Assembly: GCA_964291625.2 (NCBI GenBank)
Contig: OZ220089.1
Span: forward strand, 768,001 to 832,000
DNA from: Candidatus Latescibacterota bacterium
GTDB taxonomy: Bacteria; Latescibacterota; UBA2968; UBA8231
Direction of reading: 5' to 3'
Length of the DNA stretch: 64,000 nucleotides
The translations under genes were made by a program, and so were the position numbers. This document shows, piece by piece, positions 46,804 through 57,882 of the stretch; within the stretch, counting starts at the first letter, position 1; each line of letters starts with the position of its first letter. Below the pieces are notes generated by a model. The model was not told where the DNA came from and searched no databases. It was given only the letters and a program-made list of their open reading frames with translations.

Positions 46804-49800
46804 CTACTCCGCCCTCGATTCGTAGGCCGACAGCTGCTCCAGCATCGGCTCCCGCAGCTTCACCGGCGTCAGGTCGATGGCCTGCCGCTGGATGGCCGCG
46901 GCGGCCGGCCATTCCCCCTGCCGGGCCCTGGCCTGGGCGATCCCCAGCAGGGTCTGCACCAGCGTCCTGCGGGCCAGGGGCAGGCTCACCTGCCGGGCCT
47001 GGGCCTGCTCCAGCACCTGGCGCGCCTCGTCGACGCGCCCGGCCCGCGCCAGGGCGATGACCAGGTTGTTGAGGGCCCTGGCATCGTCGGGGATCAGCTC
47101 GACGGCGCGGCGGAAGTGGTCCAGCGCTTCGGCCAGGCGCCCCTGCTCCTCGAGCAGGACCCCTGTGTTGATGTGGGCCCTCGGAAAATCCGGCCGCAGG
47201 GCCAGCGCCCGGCGCAGCGAGCCCAGGGCCGCCGCCGACTCACCCCGGGCGTAGTGGGCCATCCCCTGGCCGTAGTGGGCCTCGGCCAGCTCCGCATCCT
47301 GCGCCAACGCCCGGCCATAGTGAGACATGGCCGCCTCGATCTCGTTCTGGCGCAACAGGACATTGGCCAGATTCGTGTACGTCTCGGCCTCCGATGCCAA
47401 CTCCAGCGAACGCTCGAAGGCCTCCTGCGCTTCGGTCAGGCGCCCGGCCTCCGCCAGGGCCAACCCCAGCTTCGACCACGCCCCCGGGTGCGCGGGGTCG
47501 ACGCGGACGGCCTGGCGATAGCGGTCGATCTCCTGCTTGAGAGGCTGCAGCGCTTCGAACTGGCGCAAGGCCTGGTTGGCCGCCTGCTCCTTGCCCAACC
47601 GCTGGTAGGTCCGCGCCAGGTCGAGGTAGGGCATCGGCTCCCGGGGCGCCAGTTCCCGCGCCCGGGCAAAGGCGGCGATCGCCGCCTCGCCGTCGCCGAG
47701 GTGGTTGCGGGCCAGGCCGAGGCGGTAGTGGGTCTCCCAGTCCCCTGGCGCCAGGGCCGCGGCCCTCGCCAGGGTCGCCGCGGCCCTGGCGGGCTGGTTG
47801 AGATGGAGATAGGCGACCCCCAGCAACCGGGCCACCTCGACGACCGCGGTGTCCTGAGCCGCAACGCGCTCCAGCACCTCCACCGCCTCCTCGTAGCGCC
47901 CCAGTCCCGAGTAGAGGGTCACGCCGGCGGCGTAGTGCAGCCGCACCGCGTCCGGATAGTGCCTCAGCGCTGGCCGCACCAGGGCCACGACCTCGCGATA
48001 GCGGCCCTCCTTGTAGAGCGCGGTGGCCCGCTCGTAGTACTCCTCCGCCGTCCAGTCCGGATGGAATGCAACCTCCTCGATGGAGTCCGCACGTGCGACC
48101 AGCGTCGCCGGTTCCACCACCGGCGGCGACACCTGGCGGCTGTAGTGGGCGATCTCCCCTCCTCGCCCTCGCGCAGGACGAGATAGCGCCGAAGGGGAGG
48201 ATCTTCCACGACCTGCACCTGCCCCGACGGCCAGCGGACCTCGATCCTGTCGACCTGCGCCCGCTCTCCCAGCCCGAAGAGCACCCGGCCGTCGTTGGCC
48301 GACAGATAGCCATAGCCGCGCTTGGCCTGCCGCACGAGCACCCGCCCCTCCGCCTCGAGGCGTACGCCGGCTCCTTCGGCGGACTCCCCCGGCGCGGCGA
48401 TGAGATCCAGACCCACCCAGTCGTTGCGGTTGCCGCCGTCGTTGCGCAGCAGCACCAGGCGGTCGTTGAGGTTGTTCACCGCCAGATCGAGGTCGCCGTC
48501 GTTGTCGTAGTCGCCGAAGGCGGTGCCCCGGCTGACCTGCTCGGCCTCCAGACCCGCCGGGTCGGCCAGGGCGAAGACGCCCTCCCGGTTCCAGTACAGC
48601 AGGTTGCGCTGGCGGTAGCTGAGCCCGAGGGGACGGGCTTCGAGTTGGGGGTAGAGGTGTCCGTTGGCGACGAACAGATCGAGCCAGCCGTCCAGGTCGA
48701 AGTCGGCCAGGGTTGTGCTCCATCCCAGGAAAGGCCGCACGGCGCCCCCGAGACCCGCCGCGTAGGTCGCATCGGCAAAGGAGGCGTTTCCCAGGTTCTC
48801 GTACAAGGTGTTGACATCGTCGGAGAAGTTGGTGACCAGGAGATCCAGGTCGCCGTCGTTGTCGTAGTCGCCGCTGTCGGTCCCCATGCCGGCCTGGGGG
48901 CGCCCATCCTCGCTGTAGGCCACACCGGCCAGGGCCCCTACTTCGCGCAGCCGCCAGTCGCCGTCGTTGCGATAGAGCAGGTTGGGGGTCGAGTCGTTGG
49001 CGACGTAGATGTCCGGGTCTCCATCCCCGTCGTAGTCGGTGAAGAGCACACCGAGGCCGAGGTGGGTGGGCTGGTCGATTCCCGTCGCCGCGCTCACATC
49101 GGCAAAGGTGCCGTTCCCCTCGTTGCGATAGAGCACGTCGGCCTGGCCGTCCAACCCGTGGGGGCCGCAGAACACGGGCAGGCCCTTCCAGCCGCTGCAT
49201 GGCTCACCGCCGGCGGGTGGGTTGTCCAGGTCGAAGACCAGGTAGTTGGCCACATAGAGATCGAGCCAGCCGTCGGAGTCGAGATCGCCGAAGGCGGCAC
49301 TGGTCCCCCAGCGGCGGTCCTCGGCGCCCGCCTCGATGGCCGTGAAGGTGCCGTCTCCCTCGTTGCGGTAGAGGACGTTCGGCCCCCAGTAGGTGAGGTA
49401 GAGGTCGAGGTCGCCGTCGTTGTCGGAGTCGGCCGCCGCGCAGCCCATCCCCCAACCCGTCCGCGCCAACCCGGCGGCCTCGGTGACATCTTCGAAGGCA
49501 CGTCCGCCGTCCGGGGCCGGAAGGTTGCGCCACAGGCGGTTGCCCGTCCCGGGCACGCCCTCGGTGCGGGTGCCGTTGACGGCGAACAGATCCAGCCAGC
49601 CATCGCCGTCGGCATCGAAGAAGGCCACCCCCGAGCCCATGGCCTCCAGGATGAAGCGCTGCTCAGGGCCGCCGGAGACGTGGACGAAGTCCAGCCCCGC
49701 CGCTTCGGTGACATCCGCAAAGCGCACGGTATGCCTCGGCGTCTCGGCCATGCGCTCCGCTGCCGGCTCGGGCGCACATCCCCACATCCCCAGGCTCAGC

Positions 49801-49883
49801 AGGGCGGCCACGGCCACAGCCTCCGCGGGGGCGCGTTGCAGGGCAGGGCCGCTTGCCGGACGCAGTTTCCCGGCACCGCTCAC
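46804..49883 (-). pseudogene. CRTAC1/ASPIC-UnbV FG-GAP protein fused to a TPR domain, split by one frameshift near 48158
   Basis: FADVTEAAGL, FG-GAP repeats and ASPIC FGLG..IEVRWPSG. The TPR ORF continues directly in another frame with no evident start or SD. Confidence 0.75.
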
Positions 49884-49900
49884 GAGGAGGCGCCGCGGCT

Positions 49901-51394
49901 TCAGCTCTCGATTCTCTCGAACAGGGCCGCCACCTCCGCCTCCTTCTCCTCGCTGCGCCTCGAGAGATAGCCCTCGCCGAAGTAGATGGTCAGCGCCACC
50001 AGGAGCTCCACACCCGTGTAGATCTCGAACCTGTCGGTGAACTGGATCATGATGAAGTAGGTCGCCACACCGCCGATGAAGGACAGGATCGCGCCCCGGG
50101 CGGTGGGGCGCTTCCAGATCATCCCGAACATCAACGGAATGGCGATGGGCGACAGGAGACCCCCGAAGAGCTTCACCGTCAGGGAGAACACCTTGTTCAT
50201 CCCCGGACTCTGGGAGATCACGACGGCGGTCACCAGGACCGCCAGACCGAAGATGGCCGTTATCGCCATTCCCGCCCGGAACAAAGCCGTGTCGTCGATG
50301 TGGCGCTTGAAGTTGCGCTGGTAGAAGTCCTTGGTGAAGACCGCGGCCAGGGCGTTGATGTCGCTGTCGATCATCGACATGGTGGCGGCGAACATGGAGC
50401 ACACGAGCAGTCCGATCAGCCCCGGCGCCAGGGCCGAGAGGATCTTCTCCGTCACCAGGACATAGGTCTGATCCAGATCGAAGCCGGCCACCGGCAGCAT
50501 GGTGACGGGGTCGAAGTGCTCGGGCAGCAGCAACGGCGCCGCCCAGGCGGGGACGAAGATGACGATCGGATAGAACAGATAGAGGACCGCCGACAGGAGG
50601 GCCGCCTTCTGGGCATTCCTCGGCTTCTCCACCGACACGAATCGCTGGGCCAGTCCCCAGGTGCCCCCGTTGTAGCTGAGGATGATCACCACCACGTACA
50701 CCAGCCAGAAGCTCACGCTGATGCCGCCTTCGGCGTTGAAGAAACCGGCGCGCTCCGGGGGCAGGCTGTCCCACATCGTGCTCCAACCGCCCACCATGTC
50801 CAGGGCGATGAAGAGCACCACCAGACTCATGACAAGCTGTACCACGAACTGCACCAGGTCCGTGAGTACCGTCGCCCACAGCCCGCCTACGAAGACGTAG
50901 GCGATGGTGATCAGGCCGGATACGACGATGATCGGCACCACCTCCCAGCCGGTGACCACGTGGACGACGATCGAGATCGCGAAGAGCTTGATGCCGAGGT
51001 CGAGGAACTTGAGGAGGATGCCGGAGACCGCGATCAGGCCCCTCACGGAGTTGCCGTAGCGCGCTTCGAGGTATTCCACCGGCGTGAGGACTTTCAGTCT
51101 CGACCATCTCGGCGCCCAAATGAGGCAGCCGATCATCAGCGCCACGAACACGCCGAGGGAGAACAGGGTCCACATGCTGAACCCCGTGACCGCCGCGCGG
51201 CCGGCAAAACCGACGAAGACGACCGCGCTGTACCCCGAGACGTGGTGGGAGATGGCCGCCATCCACCAGGGCAGCCCGTGGCCCGCCACGAAGTACTGTT
51301 CCACATTGCCCGACTTCCGCTTGGCCAGGATCCCGATCCAGGCCATCAAGGCGGCGTACACGGCGATCACCACATAGTCGATCTGTGTGAGCAT
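49901..51394 (-). CDS. Sodium:solute symporter
   Basis: YFVAGHGLPWW, GGLWATVLTD, AQRF, FAATMS; about 13 TMs. Confidence 0.95.
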   Translation of the reverse strand: MLTQIDYVVIAVYAALMAWIGILAKRKSGNVEQYFVAGHGLPWWMAAISHHVSGYSAVVFVGFAGRAAVTGFSMWTLFSLGVFVALMIGCLIWAPRWSRLKVLTPVEYLEARYGNSVRGLIAVSGILLKFLDLGIKLFAISIVVHVVTGWEVVPIIVVSGLITIAYVFVGGLWATVLTDLVQFVVQLVMSLVVLFIALDMVGGWSTMWDSLPPERAGFFNAEGGISVSFWLVYVVVIILSYNGGTWGLAQRFVSVEKPRNAQKAALLSAVLYLFYPIVIFVPAWAAPLLLPEHFDPVTMLPVAGFDLDQTYVLVTEKILSALAPGLIGLLVCSMFAATMSMIDSDINALAAVFTKDFYQRNFKRHIDDTALFRAGMAITAIFGLAVLVTAVVISQSPGMNKVFSLTVKLFGGLLSPIAIPLMFGMIWKRPTARGAILSFIGGVATYFIMIQFTDRFEIYTGVELLVALTIYFGEGYLSRRSEEKEAEVAALFERIES

Positions 51395-51565
51395 GGGCCT
51401 TTCCTGTTTGGAGCCGGACCTTGGGGGGAACTTCGGCAGGGGAGGGATAAGAGGGTTTCTGCCGGATACCCTGTCAAGGTGCCAGGGCGGATCCGGTTCT
51501 GAAGCCTGAGCCTGCTGGCCGCCGCCGCCCGGGCCGGCAGGCCGCCGGCCCCTGACGGCGTTCCC

Positions 51566-53263
51566 CTACCGCTGGCGCACCCGCTTGCGCACCTGCGCCA
51601 GGTAATACCGGGCCTGCGCGTGATCCGGATCGGCCTCGAGGGCCTGGCGAAAAGCCCGCGCCGCCTGGTTCAGCTGGCCCTGGCGCATGCGGACCACGCC
51701 CACCCCGTTCCAGGCGCCGGCACTCTCCGGGTCCAGGGCCAGGATCTGCTCGAACGCCCGCAGGGCCTCTGGCCACGAACCCCGCTGCAGGTGGACCCCG
51801 CCCAGGTTGTACCAAGCCTTGAGATAGGCCGGTTCGAGAGCCACCGCCTGCCCGAAGGAACGGCGAGCCTCGTCCCAGGCCTCCCGTCGGACCTGCACGA
51901 GCCCCAGGTTGTGCCAGGCCATCGCGTACTCGGGATAGATCTCCAGGGCGGAGCGGTTGCAGGCCTCGGCACTGTCGAGACGGCCGGCCTCGGCGTGCAT
52001 CCGTCCCATCCCCAGGTGCGCACGGGCGCTGCGGGGGGCGGATTGGATCTGGGCGCGGTAGAAGCTCTCGCCGTCGGCCCAGGTGGCGTTGCGCGCCACC
52101 GTCAGAACCGCATAGGTGCACAGCAATACCAGACCTCCTGCCCAGACTCCCCGACCCCGGCGCTGTGCCAGCCGCCAGAGGCCCCAGCCCAGCAGCACGC
52201 AGAACGCCGCGGATGGGGCGTAGATCAGCCGTTCCCCCATGATCGTCGGCACCAGCACCAGGAAGTTGCTCGTCGGCGCCGCCAGGATCGCATAGCTGCC
52301 CACGACGAATGCGACCATCGGCGACCGCTGCCGCAGGCGCCAGGCCGCCGCGGCGGCGATGAGCACCGCCGCCAGGAAACCGGCCGCTCCCCCGTCCAGC
52401 GGACCACTCACCAGCGGGATCTGCGCATGGGAGTAGTCCGAGGAGAGCCCCAGGGGCCAGACCAGCAGGCGCAGGTAGGCGAACTGCACGCTGGCAGCCG
52501 TCAGCAATCGCTCCGGAAGGGCGGCGTCCACCAGGGGATTGTCCAGCGCATTGATCTGGCTGTCGGTGGGCCCGAGGACCGCCTGGCGAAAAGCCAGCCA
52601 GCCCACCAGGACCAGGACGTAGCCGCCGTAGACCCGCCAGCGAGCCTTGAGGGACCGGGCGGTGCAGAAGTCCAGCCACAGGGCGGCGAGGAGCCAGGCG
52701 GCGGCCGACTCCTTGCTCAGCAGGGAGAGGCCGTAGAGCGCCCCGGCTCCGATCCACTTGCCGCGGCGGTGCAGGAGCAGGAAGGTCGCACCCAGCATCA
52801 TGGCGAGGGGCTCGGCTCGACCGGTGATGAAGGCCACCGCTTCGGTGTGGACCGGATGCGCGGCAAAGAGCAGGGCGGCGGCGAGAGAGGCGGGGAGGGC
52901 CAGGCCCAGCCGCAGCGCCAGGAGCAAGAGGGCACAACTGGCCCCGGCGTGGAACGCGGCATTGACCACATGGAACCCGGCGGCGTGCGCGCCGGGCAGC
53001 CCCAGGGACTCGTTGGCCCGGTAGTTGAGCGCCAGGGTCCAGACCGTGAGAGGACGGTAGTGGTGGGAGTGGAGGATCTCGCCCCAATAGCGGCCGGCCA
53101 GGATCCGGTCCAGCCGCCACGGGTCGTGCATCAGCTCGTTGGCGGGGATCAGCTTGCGGTCGTCGTAGACCAGCTCGTTGCCCAGCGAGTTGGCGTACAC
53201 CCCGCAGGCGACGAGGGCCACCAGGGCCAGGGCCGCCCACCGGCTGCGGCCGGCGTCACCCAC
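51566..53263 (-). CDS. TMTC-like membrane glycosyltransferase with TPR repeats (DUF1736-type)
   Basis: YDD, YRPLT, FHVVN, LFAAHPVHTEAV..GRAE, SKE, LSSDYS, GERLIY, C-terminal TPRs. Start is approximate. Confidence 0.85.
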   Translation of the reverse strand: MGDAGRSRWAALALVALVACGVYANSLGNELVYDDRKLIPANELMHDPWRLDRILAGRYWGEILHSHHYRPLTVWTLALNYRANESLGLPGAHAAGFHVVNAAFHAGASCALLLLALRLGLALPASLAAALLFAAHPVHTEAVAFITGRAEPLAMMLGATFLLLHRRGKWIGAGALYGLSLLSKESAAAWLLAALWLDFCTARSLKARWRVYGGYVLVLVGWLAFRQAVLGPTDSQINALDNPLVDAALPERLLTAASVQFAYLRLLVWPLGLSSDYSHAQIPLVSGPLDGGAAGFLAAVLIAAAAAWRLRQRSPMVAFVVGSYAILAAPTSNFLVLVPTIMGERLIYAPSAAFCVLLGWGLWRLAQRRGRGVWAGGLVLLCTYAVLTVARNATWADGESFYRAQIQSAPRSARAHLGMGRMHAEAGRLDSAEACNRSALEIYPEYAMAWHNLGLVQVRREAWDEARRSFGQAVALEPAYLKAWYNLGGVHLQRGSWPEALRAFEQILALDPESAGAWNGVGVVRMRQGQLNQAARAFRQALEADPDHAQARYYLAQVRKRVRQR

Positions 53264-53274
53264 CCTGATATGTC

Positions 53275-53871
53275 CTAGTCGACAAGACTCTCCTTGACGG
53301 AGTCGAACCACTCCGCAAAGGGTTCCTGCAATCCGGGATCCTCGGTCAAGGGACTCCACCTGAGGACGAACTTGTGGTGATCAGAGAGAGCTTCCCACTC
53401 GAGTTCACCACTTGCTGCGCAGCTCAAGTGATAGTGCTTGCGCTCAACAATGGTGGTCAGAGCATTCTCCGGTATCCAGCCGGTTACCTGAAACGAGATC
53501 CTCTCCGAACCAAGCCGCTCTCTTTCCACATAGTCGATCTGCACGAAGCCGCTCTCAGCCCCTTGAGTATCGACACGAACTCCTCTCGGAATCGTGACCC
53601 AGTGGAAGCTGGCACTGTCCGGTCGAGAGTATACCAGGGAAGTCTTCTGGACGACGGCCGTGCCGGGAGGCAGCTGCTCCCGTTCGGACAAGAGCTCTGC
53701 CACGACATCCAGGTCGGCGAGACCCGTCTCCTCGCGGGCCTCCCGGAGTGCCGCGGCGGCAAAGGACTCTCCCTCTTCGACCGTACCGGCCGGGATCTGA
53801 TTCCCGGCGTATGGGTGCTTCAACAGGAGCGTTATGAAGCAGATGACCTTTCCCAGCGCCATGGCAGACAT
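53275..53871 (-). CDS. NUDIX hydrolase with SH3-like insertion
   Basis: Nudix box GTVEEGESFAAAALREAREETG. Lower GC. Confidence 0.85.
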   Translation of the reverse strand: MSAMALGKVICFITLLLKHPYAGNQIPAGTVEEGESFAAAALREAREETGLADLDVVAELLSEREQLPPGTAVVQKTSLVYSRPDSASFHWVTIPRGVRVDTQGAESGFVQIDYVERERLGSERISFQVTGWIPENALTTIVERKHYHLSCAASGELEWEALSDHHKFVLRWSPLTEDPGLQEPFAEWFDSVKESLVD

Positions 53872-54092
53872 CGTGGATACACCCCCTTGGGTATTCTCTC
53901 AGGCTTCGCCCGATCCGGCCCGAAGCTACAAGCTGACTTGAACGGTCACAAGCATCGAACCACCCCATGCGGGGGCCGTTGAACCCCCCGGGAACCCTTG
54001 CACCTGAGGGTTCCAGGGTTGACATTGGCGGAGGCCGGACGGTTGGGCGAGGACCGGATACGCCACATCCGGTCCCACAACTGGAGGATGGA

Positions 54093-55112
54093 CTGATCAC
54101 AGAGCCGAAACGGCGGATAGCGATTGCGGGGGCCGGGAATATGGCGCGGACGCGGGGCCAGGCGTTTCTGGACACCGGCCGTGCCGAGATCTGCGGTGTC
54201 GCCGCCCGCCGCGCAGAGCGCGCCGAGAGCTGCGCGGCCGAGTTGGGGTGCCACGTCTTCCACGACGACTATCGCCGTCTGGGAGAGACCGGTCCGGACG
54301 CGGTCCTCGTCGAGGTTCCCCATCGCGTGCAGGATGAGGTCTCCCTCTGGGCGCTGGATGCCGGCTTCGATCTCCTCGTGGGCGGATGTCTGGCTTCGAG
54401 TGTGGCGATTGGGCGCCGCATCATCGAAGGGGCCACCCGGAACCGCGGCATCGTGGAGGCCGGCTTCCAGCGCCGTTACGACCCGGCCTGGGAGGAGATC
54501 CGGCGTCTCGTGACGGGCGGCCATCTGGGAGAGCCGGTGATGGCCGTCACCATGGCCCTCTGGAACCCGGACCCGGACGAGTGGTACTACGATCAGGAGG
54601 CGAGCGGCGGGATGCCCTTGACCCACATGAGCTACTGCTATCTCAATGCGGTCCGTTGGATCCTCGGCCGGCCGACCACCGTCTCCGCCCTGGCCAACCG
54701 CGTGCGGAATACGACTCCCGGCCACGTCGCGGAGGAGACCTGCGGCGCCCTCATCGGGTTCGAGAGCGGGGCCTTCGCCTCAGCCACGGCGAGCTACATC
54801 GGGCCGGAGGGCATGACCGACCCGCAGCCGCGATTCATCTGCGCCGAGGGTGGGACCCTGCCCAATGCCGACAGCCCGCCGGGCAAGGAGACCATCACCG
54901 TCTTTCGCGGGGGCCGTTCCGAGGTTCGCGCCTTTGAGAGCGAGCCGTCCCCCTTTGTCCGGCAGGCAGCCGCATTTCTGGATGCCCTGGAGAGCCGCCG
55001 CGAGGCCCGCAATCCGCCGGAAGATGCCCTGCTGGACGTGAAGATCGCCGAAGCCGTCTCGGTCTCGGCCCGGGAGCACAGGACGGTCTGTCTGACGGAA
55101 GCAACCGCCTAA
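54093..55112 (+). CDS. Gfo/Idh/MocA oxidoreductase
   Basis: IAIAGAGNMA, GFQRRYD, SGG. Start is uncertain (CTG 54093 after GGAGG, or ATG 53967). Confidence 0.85.
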   Translation: MITEPKRRIAIAGAGNMARTRGQAFLDTGRAEICGVAARRAERAESCAAELGCHVFHDDYRRLGETGPDAVLVEVPHRVQDEVSLWALDAGFDLLVGGCLASSVAIGRRIIEGATRNRGIVEAGFQRRYDPAWEEIRRLVTGGHLGEPVMAVTMALWNPDPDEWYYDQEASGGMPLTHMSYCYLNAVRWILGRPTTVSALANRVRNTTPGHVAEETCGALIGFESGAFASATASYIGPEGMTDPQPRFICAEGGTLPNADSPPGKETITVFRGGRSEVRAFESEPSPFVRQAAAFLDALESRREARNPPEDALLDVKIAEAVSVSAREHRTVCLTEATA

Positions 55113-56056
55113 AGGGCCGCCCACTTCCGATACTCCTCCAATGCGTCTTCACGGCTCACGAAGGGCTTGAAGACCGCGCGGGCACGGAAGCTGTACTCCG
55201 TCAACGGTCGACAGTCCCTGATGAGGATGGAGAAGTCCCACGCCGGATTGTTCAGGCCTCCCCCTCCTGGCGCGACGGCGAACCGAAGGGTCTCGGTGCT
55301 CTTGAACATCATCTGGAGCATCATGTTTCGCCAGCGTCCGTAGAAGAACGGATGGATGTATCGGGCAGGCCGGATGTTGTGGAACAACCGGCCCCGTGGA
55401 TCCGGTTCGCCTTCGACCAGGGCATCCGCTTCACTCGCGAAGACCGGCCCGTGCGCCGGTTGCTCCGCCAACGATTCGACCCACTCTTCCGGGCCGCTGC
55501 TGTCCCTGCGGCCGAGGAAACAGGTGTTCTTGTCCTCGGGCTCGTGGATGTAGCTCGCCCAGAACAGCCCCAGCCAGTCCCCCTCGAAGGAGCCGGGATG
55601 AGCGACGCACCTGGTTTCCAGATCGATGTAGTGGGGTGGAACAAGGGTGAAGGTCGTGCTGACCTCGATGCGGCGGGGTTCGGGGATGGAGGTCGTCAAT
55701 TGGACCGAGTTGTCGTCAAGCCGGGTGAGTCGGCCCGGGGTTGGCGGGGTCCCGAGCTTGCCCCCCAGCCAACGGGGAATCATCGAGCGGCCGGTCCGGT
55801 CGTAGATGAACTCGAAGTTGAGGCTGCTGCCCCACGAGGACCGGAAGATGCTCTCCCGGGGGCCTCGCCGGCTGTAGAGCTGACGCACACCGTTGTAACC
55901 GTTGGCCCTTTCGAAGGGAAAGGCGACGTCGTCGAAGCGGCCCTCCTTGTTCGCGCGGGAGAGCTCATCGACCCGTGCTTGCGGAAAACCTCCTCCGTCG
56001 TCGTTGTCCACCACTTCGACGAAGATGTCGCCGTCGATGAGAAACTGACTACCCAT
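55109..56056 (-). CDS. Hypothetical protein (galactose mutarotase-like beta-sandwich, tentative)
   Basis: GYNGV, LNFEFIYD, GLFWASYI, NPAWDF; SD GAGGAGG. Confidence 0.7.
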   Translation of the reverse strand: MGSQFLIDGDIFVEVVDNDDGGGFPQARVDELSRANKEGRFDDVAFPFERANGYNGVRQLYSRRGPRESIFRSSWGSSLNFEFIYDRTGRSMIPRWLGGKLGTPPTPGRLTRLDDNSVQLTTSIPEPRRIEVSTTFTLVPPHYIDLETRCVAHPGSFEGDWLGLFWASYIHEPEDKNTCFLGRRDSSGPEEWVESLAEQPAHGPVFASEADALVEGEPDPRGRLFHNIRPARYIHPFFYGRWRNMMLQMMFKSTETLRFAVAPGGGGLNNPAWDFSILIRDCRPLTEYSFRARAVFKPFVSREDALEEYRKWAAL

Positions 56057-56122
56057 GGCAGGATTCCTCCTCAGACCGCGTCGCCGCGCCAGCCGACTCC
56101 CCGTCTCGCGCCAGTCCTTGCA

Positions 56123-57220
56123 TCACTCCTCCCTTGCGATGCGTCTCACCAGCGACCGCATGTCGAGCCGGCCGTCCCGGTTGGTCTGCACGGCGATCGT
56201 CATCCCCGAAGCTGCGTAGTGGGTCACGTGGGTGCGGTATCCCGGCCACAGGCCGCCGTGGCCGAAGGTCTCCCCGCCTTCGTACACGAAGAGTCCGAAG
56301 CCGTAGTGCCGGCCGGGCGAGGCCGGGTCGCGCCAGCCGCCGACCAGCATCCGGGAAAAGCTCTCCGGCTTCACGATGCGGCCCTCGGTCAGGGCCCCGT
56401 AGAACTCGACGAGCATGGTCGGATTCGTGGTGAGCCCGCCGCCGGTCCACTCGGAGGACGGATCGATCTTCATGGTGCCGTCGTCCCTCAGGTTGCGGGC
56501 GCCGTGCATGTAGCCTGGGGTGATGTTCGGCAGCACCGACCGGTCCTGGAGCCCGATCTGGTGCAGGCCCTGGGGCTCGAGGATGCGCTCCCGGAGCAGG
56601 TCGTAACAGGCGCGGCCCGTGGCCGCCTCGATCAGACGTCCGAGGACGAGGTAGCCCGAATCCGAGTACGAGAACCCCTCCCCCGCCGGGAACAGGGGTT
56701 TGCGGCCGGCGAAGGCGATCAGTTCCTCCGGCTCGAAGCGGATCGTGCCGTGACGGATCGCGCGATAGATGGACTTCAGCCGGTAGCGGAACGACCGCGG
56801 GTAGTCGCCGATACCCGCGGAGTGCGACAGGAGGTGGCGGACCCGGATGTCCTGCGCGTTGGGCACCCGCTCGTACCAGGACGCGTCGCCCAGCCACCTC
56901 GACGCCGGATCGTCGAGGGAGAGCACGCCGTCCTCCACCAGCAGCATCGCCAGGGTCGCGAAGAAGGTCTTGCCCGTGCTGCCGCCGGGCATGCCCACCG
57001 TGTCGTCGAGGGCGATCTCCTCTTCCACGTCGGCGAGGCCCACGGAGGCGCGCACCATGCGGCCGTCCGGGAAGCGCACGGCGGCGCGCAGCCCGGGCAT
57101 CTCCATCTCGGCGCGCGCCTCCTCGAGCAGCGCCGCGAGCGCAGCCTGGTCCAGGGCGACAGCCGGGGGGCAAGCGGCGAGCAGGACAACCGACAGGCGA
57201 TGGCACAGGGCCCTGGACAT
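56123..57220 (-). CDS. Serine hydrolase (beta-lactamase class C-like)
   Basis: SxxK (STGK), LLSHSAG, YSD, HGG; signal peptide. Confidence 0.92.
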   Translation of the reverse strand: MSRALCHRLSVVLLAACPPAVALDQAALAALLEEARAEMEMPGLRAAVRFPDGRMVRASVGLADVEEEIALDDTVGMPGGSTGKTFFATLAMLLVEDGVLSLDDPASRWLGDASWYERVPNAQDIRVRHLLSHSAGIGDYPRSFRYRLKSIYRAIRHGTIRFEPEELIAFAGRKPLFPAGEGFSYSDSGYLVLGRLIEAATGRACYDLLRERILEPQGLHQIGLQDRSVLPNITPGYMHGARNLRDDGTMKIDPSSEWTGGGLTTNPTMLVEFYGALTEGRIVKPESFSRMLVGGWRDPASPGRHYGFGLFVYEGGETFGHGGLWPGYRTHVTHYAASGMTIAVQTNRDGRLDMRSLVRRIAREE

Positions 57221-57225
57221 TGCGG

Positions 57226-57882
57226 CTATCGCTTGTAGTAGTGCCTGATCTTCGGGTCTCGGAACCGGACGACGGAGTTGTTGTTCCCCCAGACCGCCAG
57301 GCCAACGGCACCGCGCGGCGCCTCCGGCAGCGTCAACCGGTTGACCAGAACGCCGTCGACGTAGCTCGTCACCGAGTGATCCCGGACCTTGAGCACAATG
57401 TCGTACTCCCGGCCGGGGTCCATGACGAAATCGACGACATCGAGCTTGGCGTCCTCGCCAGTCTCCTCGTTCCGGCGGCCGATGACCATCGTCTTCCAGC
57501 CGGCCAGGTAGGTCAGGGAGTGCGACGAGGCGCCGTCGCCCGAGATTCCGAAGACCAGCTGCGGACCGATGAACCCCTTCTCGATGGTGGCCTGTACCTT
57601 GAGTTCATAGGCGGCCCACGTCCCATCTCCCTGGACGAGCCGCCCGCGGTTGGCCTGTCCCGTGTCGGCGATGATGGCGTCACCTTCGCGGCGCCATACG
57701 GAAGGGGAGAACGGAGCCTCGCTGGCATGCCACCCGGCGAGGCCCTGACCCGCCATCATCGACTCCCATGGCTTGCCGATGTCGGCCCGGCCGTAATCGT
57801 TCTCGAAAGAGGGGGTTTCGCCAGCGGCACTCATGGCGGCAAGCAGTCCGATGTAGATTGCATGGGGAATGGCGCGCCTCAC
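57226..57882 (-). CDS. DUF1080 (3-keto-disaccharide hydrolase-like) secreted protein
   Basis: GLAGW, WRREGDAII, GAVGL, VRFRDPKIR. Confidence 0.8.
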   Translation of the reverse strand: MRRAIPHAIYIGLLAAMSAAGETPSFENDYGRADIGKPWESMMAGQGLAGWHASEAPFSPSVWRREGDAIIADTGQANRGRLVQGDGTWAAYELKVQATIEKGFIGPQLVFGISGDGASSHSLTYLAGWKTMVIGRRNEETGEDAKLDVVDFVMDPGREYDIVLKVRDHSVTSYVDGVLVNRLTLPEAPRGAVGLAVWGNNNSVVRFRDPKIRHYYKR

